Shown here: one piece after another, positions 33,489-45,870 of the stretch
How positions within the stretch are numbered: position 1 is the first letter of the stretch
How the letters are laid out: each line of letters opens with the position of its first letter
Assembly: GCA_964016885.1 (NCBI GenBank)
Contig: OZ024741.1
Span: 226,362,001-226,426,000 of the forward strand
Length of the DNA: 64,000 nucleotides
Reading direction: 5' to 3'
Origin: Eledone cirrhosa
Taxonomy: Eukaryota
Notes under the pieces: model-generated
Database searches by the model: none
Told to the model about the DNA's origin: nothing
The model's input: the letters and a program-made list of their open reading frames with translations, nothing else
Translations under genes and position numbers: made by a program

Positions 33489-36113
33489 ACACACACACAT
33501 ACACATACATACACTCAGAAAATGGTGAGGTTGTAAGATAGAGGGTGTTTGAGAAGGTGGACGTAAACATACTCTCCTGCTGGTTTTATTTCATTAGCTG
33601 ACCTTTGATGAATTTATAATGGCATAGCTGAATCAACTCTTCCAAATCCATAAAGAATATCTACAAATTTCTATATCAAAGTTGAATTTAGGTGCTTGTC
33701 TGGGTTTTGATGAGGTGTAAGATACTTGTCTTTTCATAAGAATGGGGTGACAGGAAAAAGAGAATATATATATATTGTGTGTATATATATATATATGTGT
33801 GTGTATAAATATATGTGTGTGTATATATGTGGGAGATATATATAATATGTATATAGGATATGTATAGTGTATATATAGGATGTATATGATAAATGTGTGG
33901 GATATGTATAGGATATATATATGGTATGTATATAACATGTATGTATGGTATATGTGTAAAAAATATGTATATATGGGGTGTTTATAGGATATATATATAT
34001 ATATATATATGTGTATGTAGAAAAAAATATATATGTGTGTATATGTGGTGTGTATATATATATATATATGTATATAAACTGCATAAATCAGATGCCAACA
34101 GAAAAAAGCGGAATAAATCTTCCAACCATCTCAAGCAAGTGACAAAAAAAGGCAGTGCTTGAATTTGAACAGTGCATAGGAACCAATCCTGACAGTAAGG
34201 CGTTCTGGAAATATTTACATTCAAAGCACAGACCTCACTCTCCAGTTGATCCTCTGCGCAATCCCCACACAAGCCAGATCACTGACGATCCCAAAGAATG
34301 CGCAGAACTCATTGCTGAATGCTATGCAAGCATTTTTACTGTTGAAAACCAGAATGTACCATCTCCACCATCTCTAACATCAAATTCCATAACAACTATG
34401 GAATTTACACCTGCAATGTTGCGGCGTCACCTTAAGAATAAGCGCAACTATGCCTCCCCTGGTCTTGATGGTGTTACATACCTGCTTCTCAAACGTGGCG
34501 GGGATTTCCTTTTACACCAGCTTTCTTTCTTCTTTCAATACTGTCTCAATAATGGTGCTACTCCGGAGCAGTGGAAAACTGCCAGTGTCGTTCCCCTGTT
34601 CAAAAAGGGCAACCGCACGTCACCTGTCAACTAACGTCCAGTCAGTCTTACTAGCTGTATTGCCAAACTGATGGAATCCTGAGTCAGAGAAACACTTTGG
34701 AACTTCTGGAGCTCTCACAGCCTCATCCGGCCCTTGCAATTTGTATTTATCCCTAATTCCAGCTGCTGTGATCAGCTTATATAATTCCTTGAAGACATTA
34801 CCCGGATCACTGACTGTGGGTCATGGGTGGATGTTGTTTACCTTGACTTTGCTAAGGCTTTTAATTCTGTGCCACACAAAAGACTTATGGCGAAACTCTC
34901 TGCAATGGGGGTGAGGGAGGATCTTTTTAACTCAGCCGAAAAGAGGTAGTCACGGTTCTAGGACAGCATTCTTCACCATATGAGATGTCATCTGGTGTAC
35001 TACAGGGATCTGTTCTTGATCTCCTTTGGTTTGTGGCATATATTAATGACATAGATGCCAACTTAAAGAATGCCACGGTACTGAAATATGCAGATGACAT
35101 CAAGCTGTACCTTGAAATCAAAAAGACTGATCCTGAAACTAGAACTCTTTTCTACAATCAGACCTGGACACAATGTAGCAATGGATCACAGACTGGCAAC
35201 TGAAGCTGGCTGTGAACAAGTGTACCACCATGCATTTTGGGAGGAAAAACCCAGCGTCCACATACTCCCTCCACAACACTGATATCAAAAGTGAACGTGA
35301 CCTGGGCATTACTGTCAGTAGCGATTTGCGTTGGACAAAGCATGTCTCTAAGATTGTCAAGAAGGCCGAGGGTGTCTTGGCATCACTCAGCAAGACCTTT
35401 GTTAGCCGCTCTCCAGCCATCTATTTAAAGCTGTATAGAGCTATGGTACGACTACACTTGGAATTCGCATCGTCAGTCTGGAACCCCTATTTGGCTCAGA
35501 ACATTGACCTCCTGGAAACTGTTCAGACAAATGTTCCCAAACTATCCTTCTTTTCTCTTTTTCCTGTCCTCTTTTTCCCATTCTTATGAAAAGACAAGTA
35601 TCTTACACCTCATTAAAACCCAGACAAGCACCTAAATTCAACTTTGATATAGAAATTTGTAGAAGATATTTTTTATGGATTTGGAAGAGTTGATTCAGCT
35701 ATGCCATTATACATTCATCAAAGGTCAGCTAATGAAATAAAACCAGCAGGAGAGTATGTTTACGACCACATTCTCAAACACGCTTATTTACAACCTCACC
35801 ATTTTCCGAGTGTATATATATATATGTGTGTGGGGGGGGAGGGTACGTGTGAGTGTGTGTGTGTATACTTTAATTCCTCCGGACCTTCATCATCATCAAC
35901 AATCATTAACACCACACGCCACACCCCAGACACATCCAAATCTATCTTATATATAGTCACACATTTCAACACAACCTGATCTCATTTTGAGACGAATGCG
36001 AGAAAGTTCTCCAACCCAAGTTAACCAGGAATCTCTAAAATTCTTCCCACCGAAGTTAACAAAGAACTTACTGGATCTACCAACTCATAATATTATAATA
36101 TTATAATATTATA
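32858..36113. repeat. Long inverted repeat pair (32858-33763, with an internal tandem duplication, vs 35553-36097) bracketing a CR1 fragment
   Basis: gagttggtagatccagtaag..aaatgagatcaggttgtgttg..gtcttttcataagaatggg is mirrored at 35553-36097; (tattataa)n at the outer ends. Confidence 0.85.
34143..35530 (+). pseudogene. CR1-clade LINE ORF2 reverse transcriptase fragment, decayed
   Basis: KAFWKY, SPGLDG, WKTASVVPLFKKG, RPVSLTS, DVVYLDFAKAF, SGVLQGSVL, YADD, RLHLEFASSVWNPY; stops and frameshifts. Confidence 0.9.
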
Positions 36114-36176
36114 ACATTAAATCATAAACATTTTTAACACTACAAGTGAAGTCATTCTTTTCCATTTTTTTTTTAA

Positions 36177-36236
<60 letters not shown>

Positions 36237-36240
<4 letters not shown>

Positions 36241-36429
36241 GTTATTCCGGGTTGAATCGGAAGTAACCACAATAAGTAAGGTACTCAATACATAGCAGAG
36301 TATAACAGTTTTAATATAGATGAGATTCTACAGGACTAGAACTGTTTCATTCATTAGAAATCATCAGGAATCTCTGAGATTCCTGATGATTTCTAATGAA
36401 TGAAACAGTTCTAGTCCTGTAGAATCTCA

Positions 36430-36436
<7 letters not shown>
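36237..36436. mobile_element. Fold-back element with back-to-back HHRs (36322-36374 minus, 36375-36429 plus)
   Basis: tgagattc-CTGATGA-tttc(taat)gaat-GAAA-cag(ttctagtc)ct-GTA-gaatctca; palindrome centre at 36375; tail is an inverted copy of 28480-28562. Confidence 0.88.
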
Positions 36437-36528
<92 letters not shown>

Positions 36529-36550
36529 ATATAGATAGATAGATATAGAT

Positions 36551-36819
36551 GTGGTTACACAACAGTTAGTTCACCATACCGAGAACAATTGTTTCACCTT
36601 AGCGGATCCTCAGCTCGGTATGGCCATGGTTATAGGAGCAGGAAGGACAACGGTTGTCCTTCCTGTTCCTATAACCATGGCCATACCGAGCTGAGGATCC
36701 GCTAAGGTGAAACAATTGTTCTCGGTATGGTGAACTAACTGTTGTGTAACCACTTCTACCTAACTCGTCCCATGGACTGAGTGCTCTACCACTACAGATA
36801 TTACCTTCCAGTGTTCCAC

Positions 36820-36822
<3 letters not shown>
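36551..36822. mobile_element. 203-bp palindrome with two divergent HHRs (36574-36623 minus, 36681-36730 plus) plus a PLE pseudo-LTR tail
   Basis: ccataccgag-CTGAGGA-tcc(gctaa)ggt-GAAA-caatt-GTT-ctcggtatgg (10-bp stem I); one mismatch between arms; tail 36781-36822 matches 52543-52588. Confidence 0.88.
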
Positions 36823-36876
<54 letters not shown>

Positions 36877-36884
36877 CAGAGGCC

Positions 36885-37157
36885 ATATTCAGTTGATTCA
36901 GGTATATTTAAATTTCCATTATACATATTTCACTGAGGACTATCAATTATGATAGCCTGAGTCATCAGACGGCAAAACCTAAAATAAACATAGAGTTCTT
37001 AAGAAACCTTTCAATTTGGAAAAATCTATATGTTTCAAAGGAACTTTCTATGTTTATTTTAGGGTTTGCCGTCTGACGAGCTCAGCCTATCAAAATTGAT
37101 AGTCTTCACTGAAATATCTATAACGGAGTTTCAAATAAACCTGAATCAACTGAATAT
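36885..37157. mobile_element. Diverged fold-back element with two HHRs (36916-36972 minus, 37069-37126 plus)
   Basis: ccgt-CTGACGA-g..ctatcaa/ttgatag..ct-GAAA-tatct-ATA-acgg and a mirror copy with several substitutions. Confidence 0.78.
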
Positions 37158-38129
37158 AATACTCCGTCTTGTACCATTTATACAGGTCGTTTCTTTTTAT
37201 CTGCTTCACAACCGAGAGAGCATGGTGTGGTCCGCGTATCCCTGTTCTGGTAACCACTTATATATATATATATATGTGCAAATAGTTATTTTGATATAAC
37301 TTGCTTGGCTTATAGACAAGATTCGCTCTCTTTCTGTATTGACTAAAGATTTGGATCAGCCAAGGATATGGTAGATATTTCCCATTCTTGCTTCTATGAC
37401 TAACCATAATTAATGAGGGTTTCCATCTTGATATTGCGAGGATAAAGTCGGCTGATTGCAGTTATTTTATCACACACCATATTCAGATACCAATAATCTA
37501 TATTTGAGTGTGGGTGCATGTGTGCGTGTGTGTGTGTGTGTGTATGTGTGTGTGTGTGTGTGTGTATGTGTGTGTGTGTGTGTGTGTGTATGTGTGTGTG
37601 TGTGTGTTAAGTTATGCACATACTTACGCATATATGCATACACACACACGGGCGCATACATACCTATACATAAATGTGTGTGCGTGTGTATATAGATATA
37701 CAGAGAGAGAGAGAGAGTAAGTTTGAATAACATAACTGAATAATGAAACACATGTAAAGATGTATAATTAAATAAAAACAATTTCTAACTAGGCCTTGTA
37801 TGTTTTTCCTAACAAATTTATTTATACGCATTCTGTGAATTATTGGAAGCTGAAACTGATCATGGATTAACACTTGGAATATCTGGCATATTGAGGAGTC
37901 CATCTGATAAGTTGTCACTTCATTAATAGTTGCAGAATCATTCTACAAGTTTGATTTGACCAACAAAAGATAACAATTACTTTATCTTCTTGTCTGTTTG
38001 TGTGCATGTGTGTGTACATGTGCGGTGTGTGTGTGTATGAGTATGTGTGTGTGTGTGTGTGTGTGCGTGTGCGTGTATGCGCGTGTGTGTGTTTGTGTGT
38101 GTTTCTTTATATATATATAAATATGTATC

Positions 38130-38680
38130 AGCCAGCTCATGGAAGGCCGTACATTCCCTCGTTCATAATTGTTAAGGGCAAAACACTGAATGTAGTTGAC
38201 AAATGTGTATTTATTTGCAATGCACTCTTTCAATCTGGCTCACAAAAAAAAGAGATTTTTTGAGGATTGGAAAAGTATCTGATGCATTTGTGAATCTAAA
38301 ACAGCGTGTCAGGAATCAACATGGAATTAATGTAGATAAAAATATTGTGGGCTACCCTGCTTTTGACTTAAGCTGGATTACACATATGCGACAGAAAAAG
38401 TAATTGGAAAAATTTCATCAGAACTGTCACAGAGCAATCCGTACTATACCCTGGAAATCTCTCTCTCCAGATGTTCTCAATAGAGGAAACATAAGTTCGT
38501 TCGAATCAATTATGCTTATATGCCTAAGATGGTCAGTACATATTGTTCGTCTTTCTCGTAAGCACATTCCTAAACAACATTTCTACGGTGAACTAAGGCT
38601 AGAAAAAGCCCGCCACAAACTGAATCAACGGTATAATGAATTCTTAAGAGACAGGAGGAAATTCTTGAAAGAATAGGTTG
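38130..38680 (+). pseudogene. RTE-clade LINE RT C-terminal fragment, decayed
   Basis: IIVKGKTLNVVDKCVF, RIGKVSDAF, LRWSVHIVRL..HIPKQHFYGEL. Confidence 0.75.
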
Positions 38681-39071
38681 AAAATGCAAAGCAAATCAGA
38701 ATATGAATATTTTTTAAGAGCAACCTTCTAGATATGCTGAACTGAAAATTATATATCTCTTACTGGATATAATCATTTGTTTACACTGTATTGAAATATG
38801 CTTTTCAAAAGCATGTCTGAGATACCATTTAATTTCACATGATATAAACCAATATACATATGACCATAGAATATATATAAATGTCAAATTTGCCACAAAC
38901 GATGCATCCAGTATAAAGTCCGCGGTGATTCGAGAGGGAAAACTTTGCAATCAATAACTTTTAAACTCAACTGCAAAATTTGTCAATTTAACCTTTCGCT
39001 TCCTATCTAGACTTAAGAGCCAATTACGAGCTTACAGTTTTGTTTGTACCTCGAACAACGAGCATCATGGT

Positions 39072-39712
39072 ATGAATACGCACGTCACTCATCATGTCCA
39101 TTCGCCAGGCCATTCCTCCCTACATGTTTCAGTCATTGGTGTTCTTTTACATCACGGGTCACTTGCCTCGCGCACCTGGACTGAGCAGTGTCTGACTTTT
39201 CGCCAAAGATCCATTTTCCCTAATAGACTCAACTCCTCTCACCAATTTCTTTAATTTTATATATTCTATTTTTTCTAATTTTTAATTTCTTTTCTTCGAT
39301 TCCTTCCTTTCTATCATCTTCCCAATTCTTCAACTTTTCATTATTTTTCCTTACTTCTTTGATTCCTCATACCTTACATGTGCCTAATACCCACTCGATC
39401 CCTCACCACAACTATCATCATCATATATAATTCCATAATATTTATAACCTTCATCTTCATAAGTTATATTCATATACCATCTATTTCACATAATTACATC
39501 AACACCACCCACCACCACCCATCACCACTCATCCATCATAGCTTTCTACAATTATACATTTCCATACTCTTCACCATAGCCAATTATTTTATTCTTCAAT
39601 TCTTTAATTCTAAACTACATTGCTTCATACTCTTTACTCATTACCACTACACCACCGCCCCCATACTCTACTCCATCCTCACCACAGTACCTAAACATCC
39701 TCCTGCTCCTAA
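39072..39712 (+). mobile_element. Fragment of the PLE family at 1-1452 (endonuclease end and 3' UTR)
   Basis: HHVHSPGHSSLHVSVIGVLLHHGS is nearly identical to the 655-915 ORF. Confidence 0.8.
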
Positions 39713-40044
39713 CATATATATATGGATGAATGGGAACTTGTATGTTTCTATTCATATCTGTATGTATGTGTGCAGGCTTGTATATACTTATGTATTAATT
39801 TACATATTTACGCGTATTTTACGTGCATATATGTACGCATGTTTATATGTGTACTAACGTTCATATATATGTTCGTGTGAGTGTGTGTGTCGTGTATGTA
39901 CATATATGCATGATTTAATGCATGTTTATAAATATATGTGTGTGTGTATGTACATATATGCATGTATATATATATGTATGTATATAGGTATGTTTATAAA
40001 TATATATACATGTATATGTATATATCTATATATACATTTATTAT

Positions 40045-40820
40045 TTGGGAATATACTCAGGAATTTCCTAATGTTTGTTGAGTGAGTTAGAATTTGGCCG
40101 GAGTATCGCTATTAGCTTTCTTCGATTATGTATTTATATATTTACTCTTGGTGCAACAGATATGAACTTTCCCGATATAAGGTATGACTCTCTTTGTTTA
40201 CTTTTATATGAATATTGATTGTTAGTTCTGGTATCTCATTCTGTTATTTTGCCCGATAAAATATCTATGTGTCATTTAGCGGTGCGCACATATGAATATG
40301 TTTTCATATCCAATTGAGTTCTTAGCACGTGGCTTGAATTCTTGTCAGAGTTCAACGAGCTGCGCATGTATTATTTTTGGCGGTAGCCTCCTTCCTCCCA
40401 TTTTCGGGACAGTGTGAGATTTTCTTTAGAACTGCTGGACTAACAACCTAGCAGCTCCCTCAAACACTGCTGGTGATTATCGCTAAATATTGATGTTGAT
40501 TTGGTTATCAATATTGATATTATTGGGTTACCCACTGAAGATTTATAAGAGCCCACTTGAATAAGTATCTGTTGATCTTATACAAGTTTCTACATAACTT
40601 GGTATATTTTCACCCAACTTGTAGAAATCGTATAATGAAACGAGTCGTCTGGGAAGTGATATATTTGATATATCTCATATGAAATAATACAGCCAATTAT
40701 CCACACAATACAATATAGTTAGCACCCCAAACATTTAATTGGGAATATACTCAGGTATTTCCTAATGTTTGTTGGGTGAGTTGGAATTTGGCCGGAGTAT
40801 CGCTATTAGCTTTCTCCGAT

Positions 40821-40826
<6 letters not shown>
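40045..40826 (+). mobile_element. Non-coding HHR element with an 85-bp terminal direct repeat (period 694 nt)
   Basis: ttgggaatatactcagg...cgattatgta at 40045 and 40739; HHR 40531-40653; ends in (TA)n. Confidence 0.8.
40531..40653 (+). ncRNA. Type-I hammerhead ribozyme with a large branched stem II
   Basis: ccca-CTGAAGA-tttata...tataat-GAAA-cgagtc-GTC-tggg; insert has tataaga/tcttata and tttctaca/tgtagaaa helices. Confidence 0.72.
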
Positions 40827-40894
<68 letters not shown>

Positions 40895-40895
40895 C

Positions 40896-41008
40896 ATACT
40901 AACAGAAAAACCGCCCAAAGAGCGGTTTTCTGATAGCATATGTAGTGTGCATATTGATATTATACGCAAATATATATGCATATAGATATGATACGTAAAT
41001 TGAAAATT
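40896..41008 (+). repeat. Dispersed repeat with a 5' hairpin (second copy 50943-51056), possibly a Helitron/Helentron-derived end
   Basis: actaacagaaaaaccgccc..gagcggttttctgatag vs actagcagaaaaaccaccc..gagcgatcttttgctag. Class is inferred only. Confidence 0.5.
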
Positions 41009-41017
41009 GTCTTCACA

Positions 41018-41320
41018 GGCGGCTCGCCTAACTAAGGTAACTGGTGATGCTCGTGAAGGCGCTTGGCTGTTCCAGCGCATCAGCCTCGCTATCACCCCAG
41101 GTAACGCTGCGAGTATGCTGGCTTGCCTCAACAATTATTAAAGAGGTTTTCCAGTGCTCCTAGCGATATAGTTATCTTTTGTTCTAGCAGCGGTTCATTT
41201 GTCCACCCCTTTCGCTTGCCTTTTGTTGTATGTGGTCCTAGGTGTGTGTATTACCTGCTTGTGTGTGTGTTTTCTTTTTCCTTTCGCCTTTCTTTTTTTT
41301 CTCAAGTTTATAAAACAATA
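41018..41320 (+). mobile_element. CRE-like non-LTR element 3' fragment
   Basis: ARLTKVTGDAREGAWLFQRISLAITPGNAASMLACL matches the end of the 51922 ORF. Confidence 0.75.
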
Positions 41321-41902
41321 AAATAAAACTACAATTATATTTACACAACTGTGAATAAAATCGTAATTGACATTATGCACAGAAATTGAACGAATACTGT
41401 GTTACACTTTCCTCTGTAATCAGTAAAGTAATCCATGATACATTTAAAAAAAGATGATATTATATAAAAATGGCATTGAGTTCAAATCCTGCCGAGGTTA
41501 ACTTTGCCTTTCATCCTTACGGGGTCGATAAAATAAAGTACCAGTAATGTACTGAGTAATTTCTGGCCTTGTGCCAATAGTAGAAACAATTATATATAAA
41601 CGGCATTCAGGCAACATGTTATGAAAATGATATAACGAACGCTAACGAAAGAAGCCATTTAAAAGTTTGAAGAGAAGTAAATTGTGAAATAAGCAATACA
41701 TTACGTTTAAGATTATTTATGTTTCATCAAGAGTTAAGAAATTTAGTAGTTAAATTACATATTATTCGTTCAATGTTGTTACGAGGTCCTTTTCGTTTGG
41801 CTTGTATTCCAGTGTTACAACTGTAGTGTGCAGTGTAAATAGATTTAAAAGAGTCGAAGCTGATGTTGCAGCATATGTACAAACATTATTTGCATCTTAC
41901 AA

Positions 41903-42088
41903 TTGGCGGTGAATTGGCAGTATCGGTAGAGGGTTGGACGCCATACTTTCTAGCATAGTTACGTCCCTTTACAGTCTGAGTTCAAATCCCGCCGAGGTTA
42001 ACTTTGCCTTTCATCCTTACAGGGTCAATAAAATAAAGTACCAGTAATGTACTGGGTTATTGGTGACCTTGTGCCTAAAGTAGAAACA
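41903..42088 (+). mobile_element. SINE with an 18-bp target-site duplication
   Basis: attatttgcatcttacaa at 41885-41902 and 42089-42106. A partial SINE also lies at 41477-41592. Confidence 0.92.
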
Positions 42089-42147
42089 ATTATTTGCATC
42101 TTACAACTGTTTCGATATCGATCACCTCATATATATATATATAATAC

Positions 42148-43203
42148 ATGTAATCTGAGTTTTTCGAATATTAATAATAACATTCGATTCGTTTGCAATT
42201 ATGCAAACAAGCCTCAATTTTATAGCCATGTCAGTAAAATGAGCACTTCATTCTTGCTCTTGTGCTGGCATGCGAACAGAACTGCAGACACTTATGTTTC
42301 TGGGTATCATCCTTCATCAGTACAGCTCACTGTTCACCTGCCAAACTGTCAGAGCTAGTGAAAATATATGCTATTTTCAAAAATACCTAGAGACTGATCA
42401 GCCTGGTTTGCATATTAGCAGACCGGCTGATTAGTGAGATCTGCATATTAGCAGATCCACTGATCAGCCAGATTAGCATATCAGCACAGACTGGTCAGTC
42501 AGTTTCCTGTATACGAGCGATAAATGGCCGGCTTTGCCAAATTCAAATAAAAAAGAAAATTTCGCTCTACATGATGAAGGGTGATACCCAGAAACATTAG
42601 TGTCTGCAGATCTGTTAGCATGCCAAAACAAGAGCAAGAATGAAGTGTTCATTCTACTTACATGGCTATAAAATTGAGGGTTGTTTGCATAATTACAAAC
42701 GAATCGAATGTTATTATTAATATTCGAAAAATCTCAGATTACATTTATTGTATTCAGCCAATTTTCTTTTTTATTTGAATTTGGCAAAGCCGGCCATTTA
42801 TCGCTCGTATACAGGAAACTGACTGGCCAGTCTGCTGATATGCTAATCTGGCCGATCAGTGGATCTGCTAATATGCAGATCTGACTAATCAGCCAGTCTG
42901 CTAATATGCAAATCAGTCCGATCAGTCTTTAGGTATTTTTGAAAATAGCATATATTTTCACTAGCTCTGACAGTTTGACAGGTGAACAGTGAGCTGTACT
43001 GATGAAGGATGATACCCAGAAACATTAGTGTCTGCAGTTCTGTTCGCATGCCAGCACAAGAGCAAGAATGAAGTGTTCATTCTACTGACATGGCGATAAA
43101 ATAAAGTACCAGTAATGCACTGGGTGATTGCTGGCCTTGTGCCTAAAGTAGAAACAATTATTAATATTCGAAAAACTCAGATTACATTTATTGTATTCAG
43201 CCA
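42148..43203. mobile_element. Non-coding HHR element: inverted copy plus partial tandem (428-nt period), retrozyme-like
   Basis: Minus copy 42148-42561 (HHR 42279-42328). Plus partial copy from 42570 (core damaged). Plus copy 42761-43203 (HHR 42991-43040), interrupted by a SINE tail. Confidence 0.85.
42991..43040 (+). ncRNA. Canonical type-I hammerhead ribozyme (GUC)
   Basis: gagctgta-CTGATGA-agg(atgata)ccca-GAAA-ca(ttag)t-GTC-tgcagttc; 8-bp stem I. Confidence 0.88.
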
Positions 43204-43219
43204 TGTAGTGCGAACTTTT

Positions 43220-43270
<51 letters not shown>

Positions 43271-43481
43271 AGAGGGTGTAGTAAGGTACCAGGTGAACCA
43301 TACTGGTGGCTTAGTTCGGATGGATCTAGCTGTCGAAAGGGCCGGAGCTCAGCCCTCAGCGTCCTGAATCTTTTCATATGTCTATATATACATATAATTT
43401 AAAATTAAAGAAAGGAGTTAAGGACTCACATTAATCCCTCATAATTTAATGAGTTCAAGGTATATTCGTGGTTCTTTATAA

Positions 43482-44290
43482 ATCAGTATATAGAGAGAAG
43501 TACGCATAGAGATATGTGTTCAATCATAGGGGATCTCAAACCACCAGAGTAAAGAACATATTGTCTATGAAAGGAAAGGTGAATACAAATCAATGAAAAT
43601 AATAAATTAAAATGTACAAACCATCCGATAATAACTATTACACCCGGACATGCTCAAATAAGAGTATGTTTCGCCACAAAAAGTGAAGAATACATATTGT
43701 AGATGGTTCATCGGACGGAGGACAGATAATATGATCCGCGCTTCTAAAAATATATAAGAAGACACGCAAGGTATAGAGAGAAGACATGTGCGTTTTATAG
43801 TCGTTCTTTAATTTGATATATTGGCTCCTAATTCATTTCTATATGTAAGTTGAGCTTCTTAAGTTGTTCTGGGCTGCTGTTTTTAGCAGTCTTTTGGTCT
43901 ATTCACACCACCATGGGCTATAAAACGCACATGTCATTTCTCTATACCATGTGTGTTTTCTTAGGTATCTGATATATTTTTAGAAGTGCGGGTCATATTG
44001 TTAGACGACCTGCCAATGAGCCATCTATAATATGTAATCTTCATTTTTTCAGGTGAAACACTCTCATTTGAGCATGTCCGAGTGTTATAATTATAATTGG
44101 ATGGTTAGTACACTTTAATTTATCCTTTTAATTGATTTGTATTCACCTTTCATCCATATATATGTGCGAGAGGCGGGTGTGTGTATGGGTACTGTGGTGA
44201 TGATGGAGGAGACAATATGTTCATCATTCTGGTGGTTTTGGATCCACCAATGATTGAATACATATCTCTATGTGTACTTCTCTCTATATG

Positions 44291-44295
<5 letters not shown>
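43482..44295. mobile_element. Old fold-back element (arms 43482-43800 and 43918-44295) with two degenerate HHRs
   Basis: Minus ccgatga..GAAAcat..atGTCcgggt (43642-43718); plus acctg-ccaatga-gcc..ggt-GAAA-ca..GTC-cgagt (44008-44083). Confidence 0.7.
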
Positions 44296-44346
<51 letters not shown>

Positions 44347-44615
44347 GAGCTTTTCATTCGGAATGTGGAACGGAATTGATTTCCATTGTTCACACTTTGA
44401 ATTTGCCCGCCAAAAACCGGGGGTTACTTCCCTTGTTGGAAATAACACTGAGGGCTGCCAACGGTAGCAGTTCGGCGTGAATCCAATGTTCGAAATGGAA
44501 TACCACAAGCTTACATATTACGTAAATTGGATGGATGATTTCGGATTTCATAGAAACCTATCGGACGTATTGCAAAATAACGTCCAATTTGACCAGGTCA
44601 GTTGTCTAACCTGAT

Positions 44616-44810
44616 TAGTTTTTTCGTTGCTTTTAGTAATGTGTGGCTAGGTTTACCTACCGCAATTTTCAATTTGTCAAGCTGTCTAAACGTATGTTAT
44701 TACTCTAAAGCCTGCAACCTTATTGAGTGCTTTGCTGCTCATTCCTAATTGTATGTCGTTAGCTTGGCCACAGCCAAAGCTTCAATTTTACTAAGCTTCC
44801 ACTTGTGTAT
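44616..44810 (+). repeat. Dispersed ~190-bp repeat tail ending in (TA)n (copies 48370-48562 and 55935-56123)
   Basis: ttcaatttg..aagctgtctaaacgtatgttattactctaa..gagtgctt.gctgc..ttagcttggccacagc.agagcttc shared by three copies. Confidence 0.75.
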
Positions 44811-45107
44811 ATATATATTAGATTAGAGAAAACATCACGAGCGCTCTGTCTCAAAATTATTTTTGAAAAGCATTAGAAATGCGCAAACGGTAAAAACTTA
44901 AAACTAAAACTGAATACTAACCAATACTTATTACTAATTTATACTTATTCCTAATTAAACTATTTTTCACTGGGAAAAATTTGTCAGCATTTTCTTTTCC
45001 TTTTACTAATATATATATATATATATTATTATTATGTAAAAACAACATAAGGCAATTATTCCATTTAGGTTTTTTAAGATCCAAATTCAATAAACAAACC
45101 AGGATTT

Positions 45108-45167
45108 TTTCATTCTGAGGATTGAAAGCAAAACCTTTTGCTTTTAAGAAACCACTGGTAAATGGAA
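45108..45167 (+). ncRNA. Type-I hammerhead ribozyme in a fold-back element (45024-45270)
   Basis: tttcatt-CTGAGGA-ttgaaagcaaaa(cc)ttttgcttttaa-GAAA-cc(act)g-GTA-aatggaa; its 3' flank is mirrored at 45024-45078. Confidence 0.82.
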
Positions 45168-45446
45168 TAATTGCCTTATGTTGTTTTTACATAATAATAA
45201 TTAAGCTCTGTTGCTTACATAGAGCACTCTTTTTTCCTGGACTTTTCCGACGGAATTACTTCATTTACACATATATATATATATATACATATTTGTAGTA
45301 AGGCTGCTTGGATGCGTCCATAGGCGGTATGCCAGTTGAGCACTCTATGCCCCATCGGTGCAGAGTATAATAATATGGAAAACGAAGAATCAGTGATGCA
45401 TCGAAACACTGATTCTTCGTTTTCCATATCATATATATAAATATAA

Positions 45447-45748
45447 ATGTAATCTGAGTTTTTCGAATATTAATAATAATATTCGATTCGTTTGCAAAGT
45501 CTCATTTTTAAAGCCATGTCAGTAGAATGAGCCCCTCATTCTTGCTCTTGTGTTGACATGTAAACAGAACTGCAGACACTAATGTTTCTGGGTATTACCC
45601 TTCATCAGTACAGTTCACTGTTCACCAGCCAACTGTCAGAGCTAGTGAAAATATATGCCATTTTCTAAAATATACAGTGACTGATCGGCCTGATTTGCAT
45701 ATTGGCAGACTGGCTGACCAGTCAGATCTGCATATTAGCAGATCCTCC
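45447..45748 (-). mobile_element. Further copy of the 42-43 kb HHR element with an intact ribozyme at 45567-45616
   Basis: Minus strand gaactgta-CTGATGA-a-gggt(aat)accc-a-GAAA-ca(ttag)t-GTC-tgcagttc. Confidence 0.88.
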
Positions 45749-45787
45749 ACTTATACATATATATATATACACACACACACACGCACG

Positions 45788-45870
<83 letters not shown>

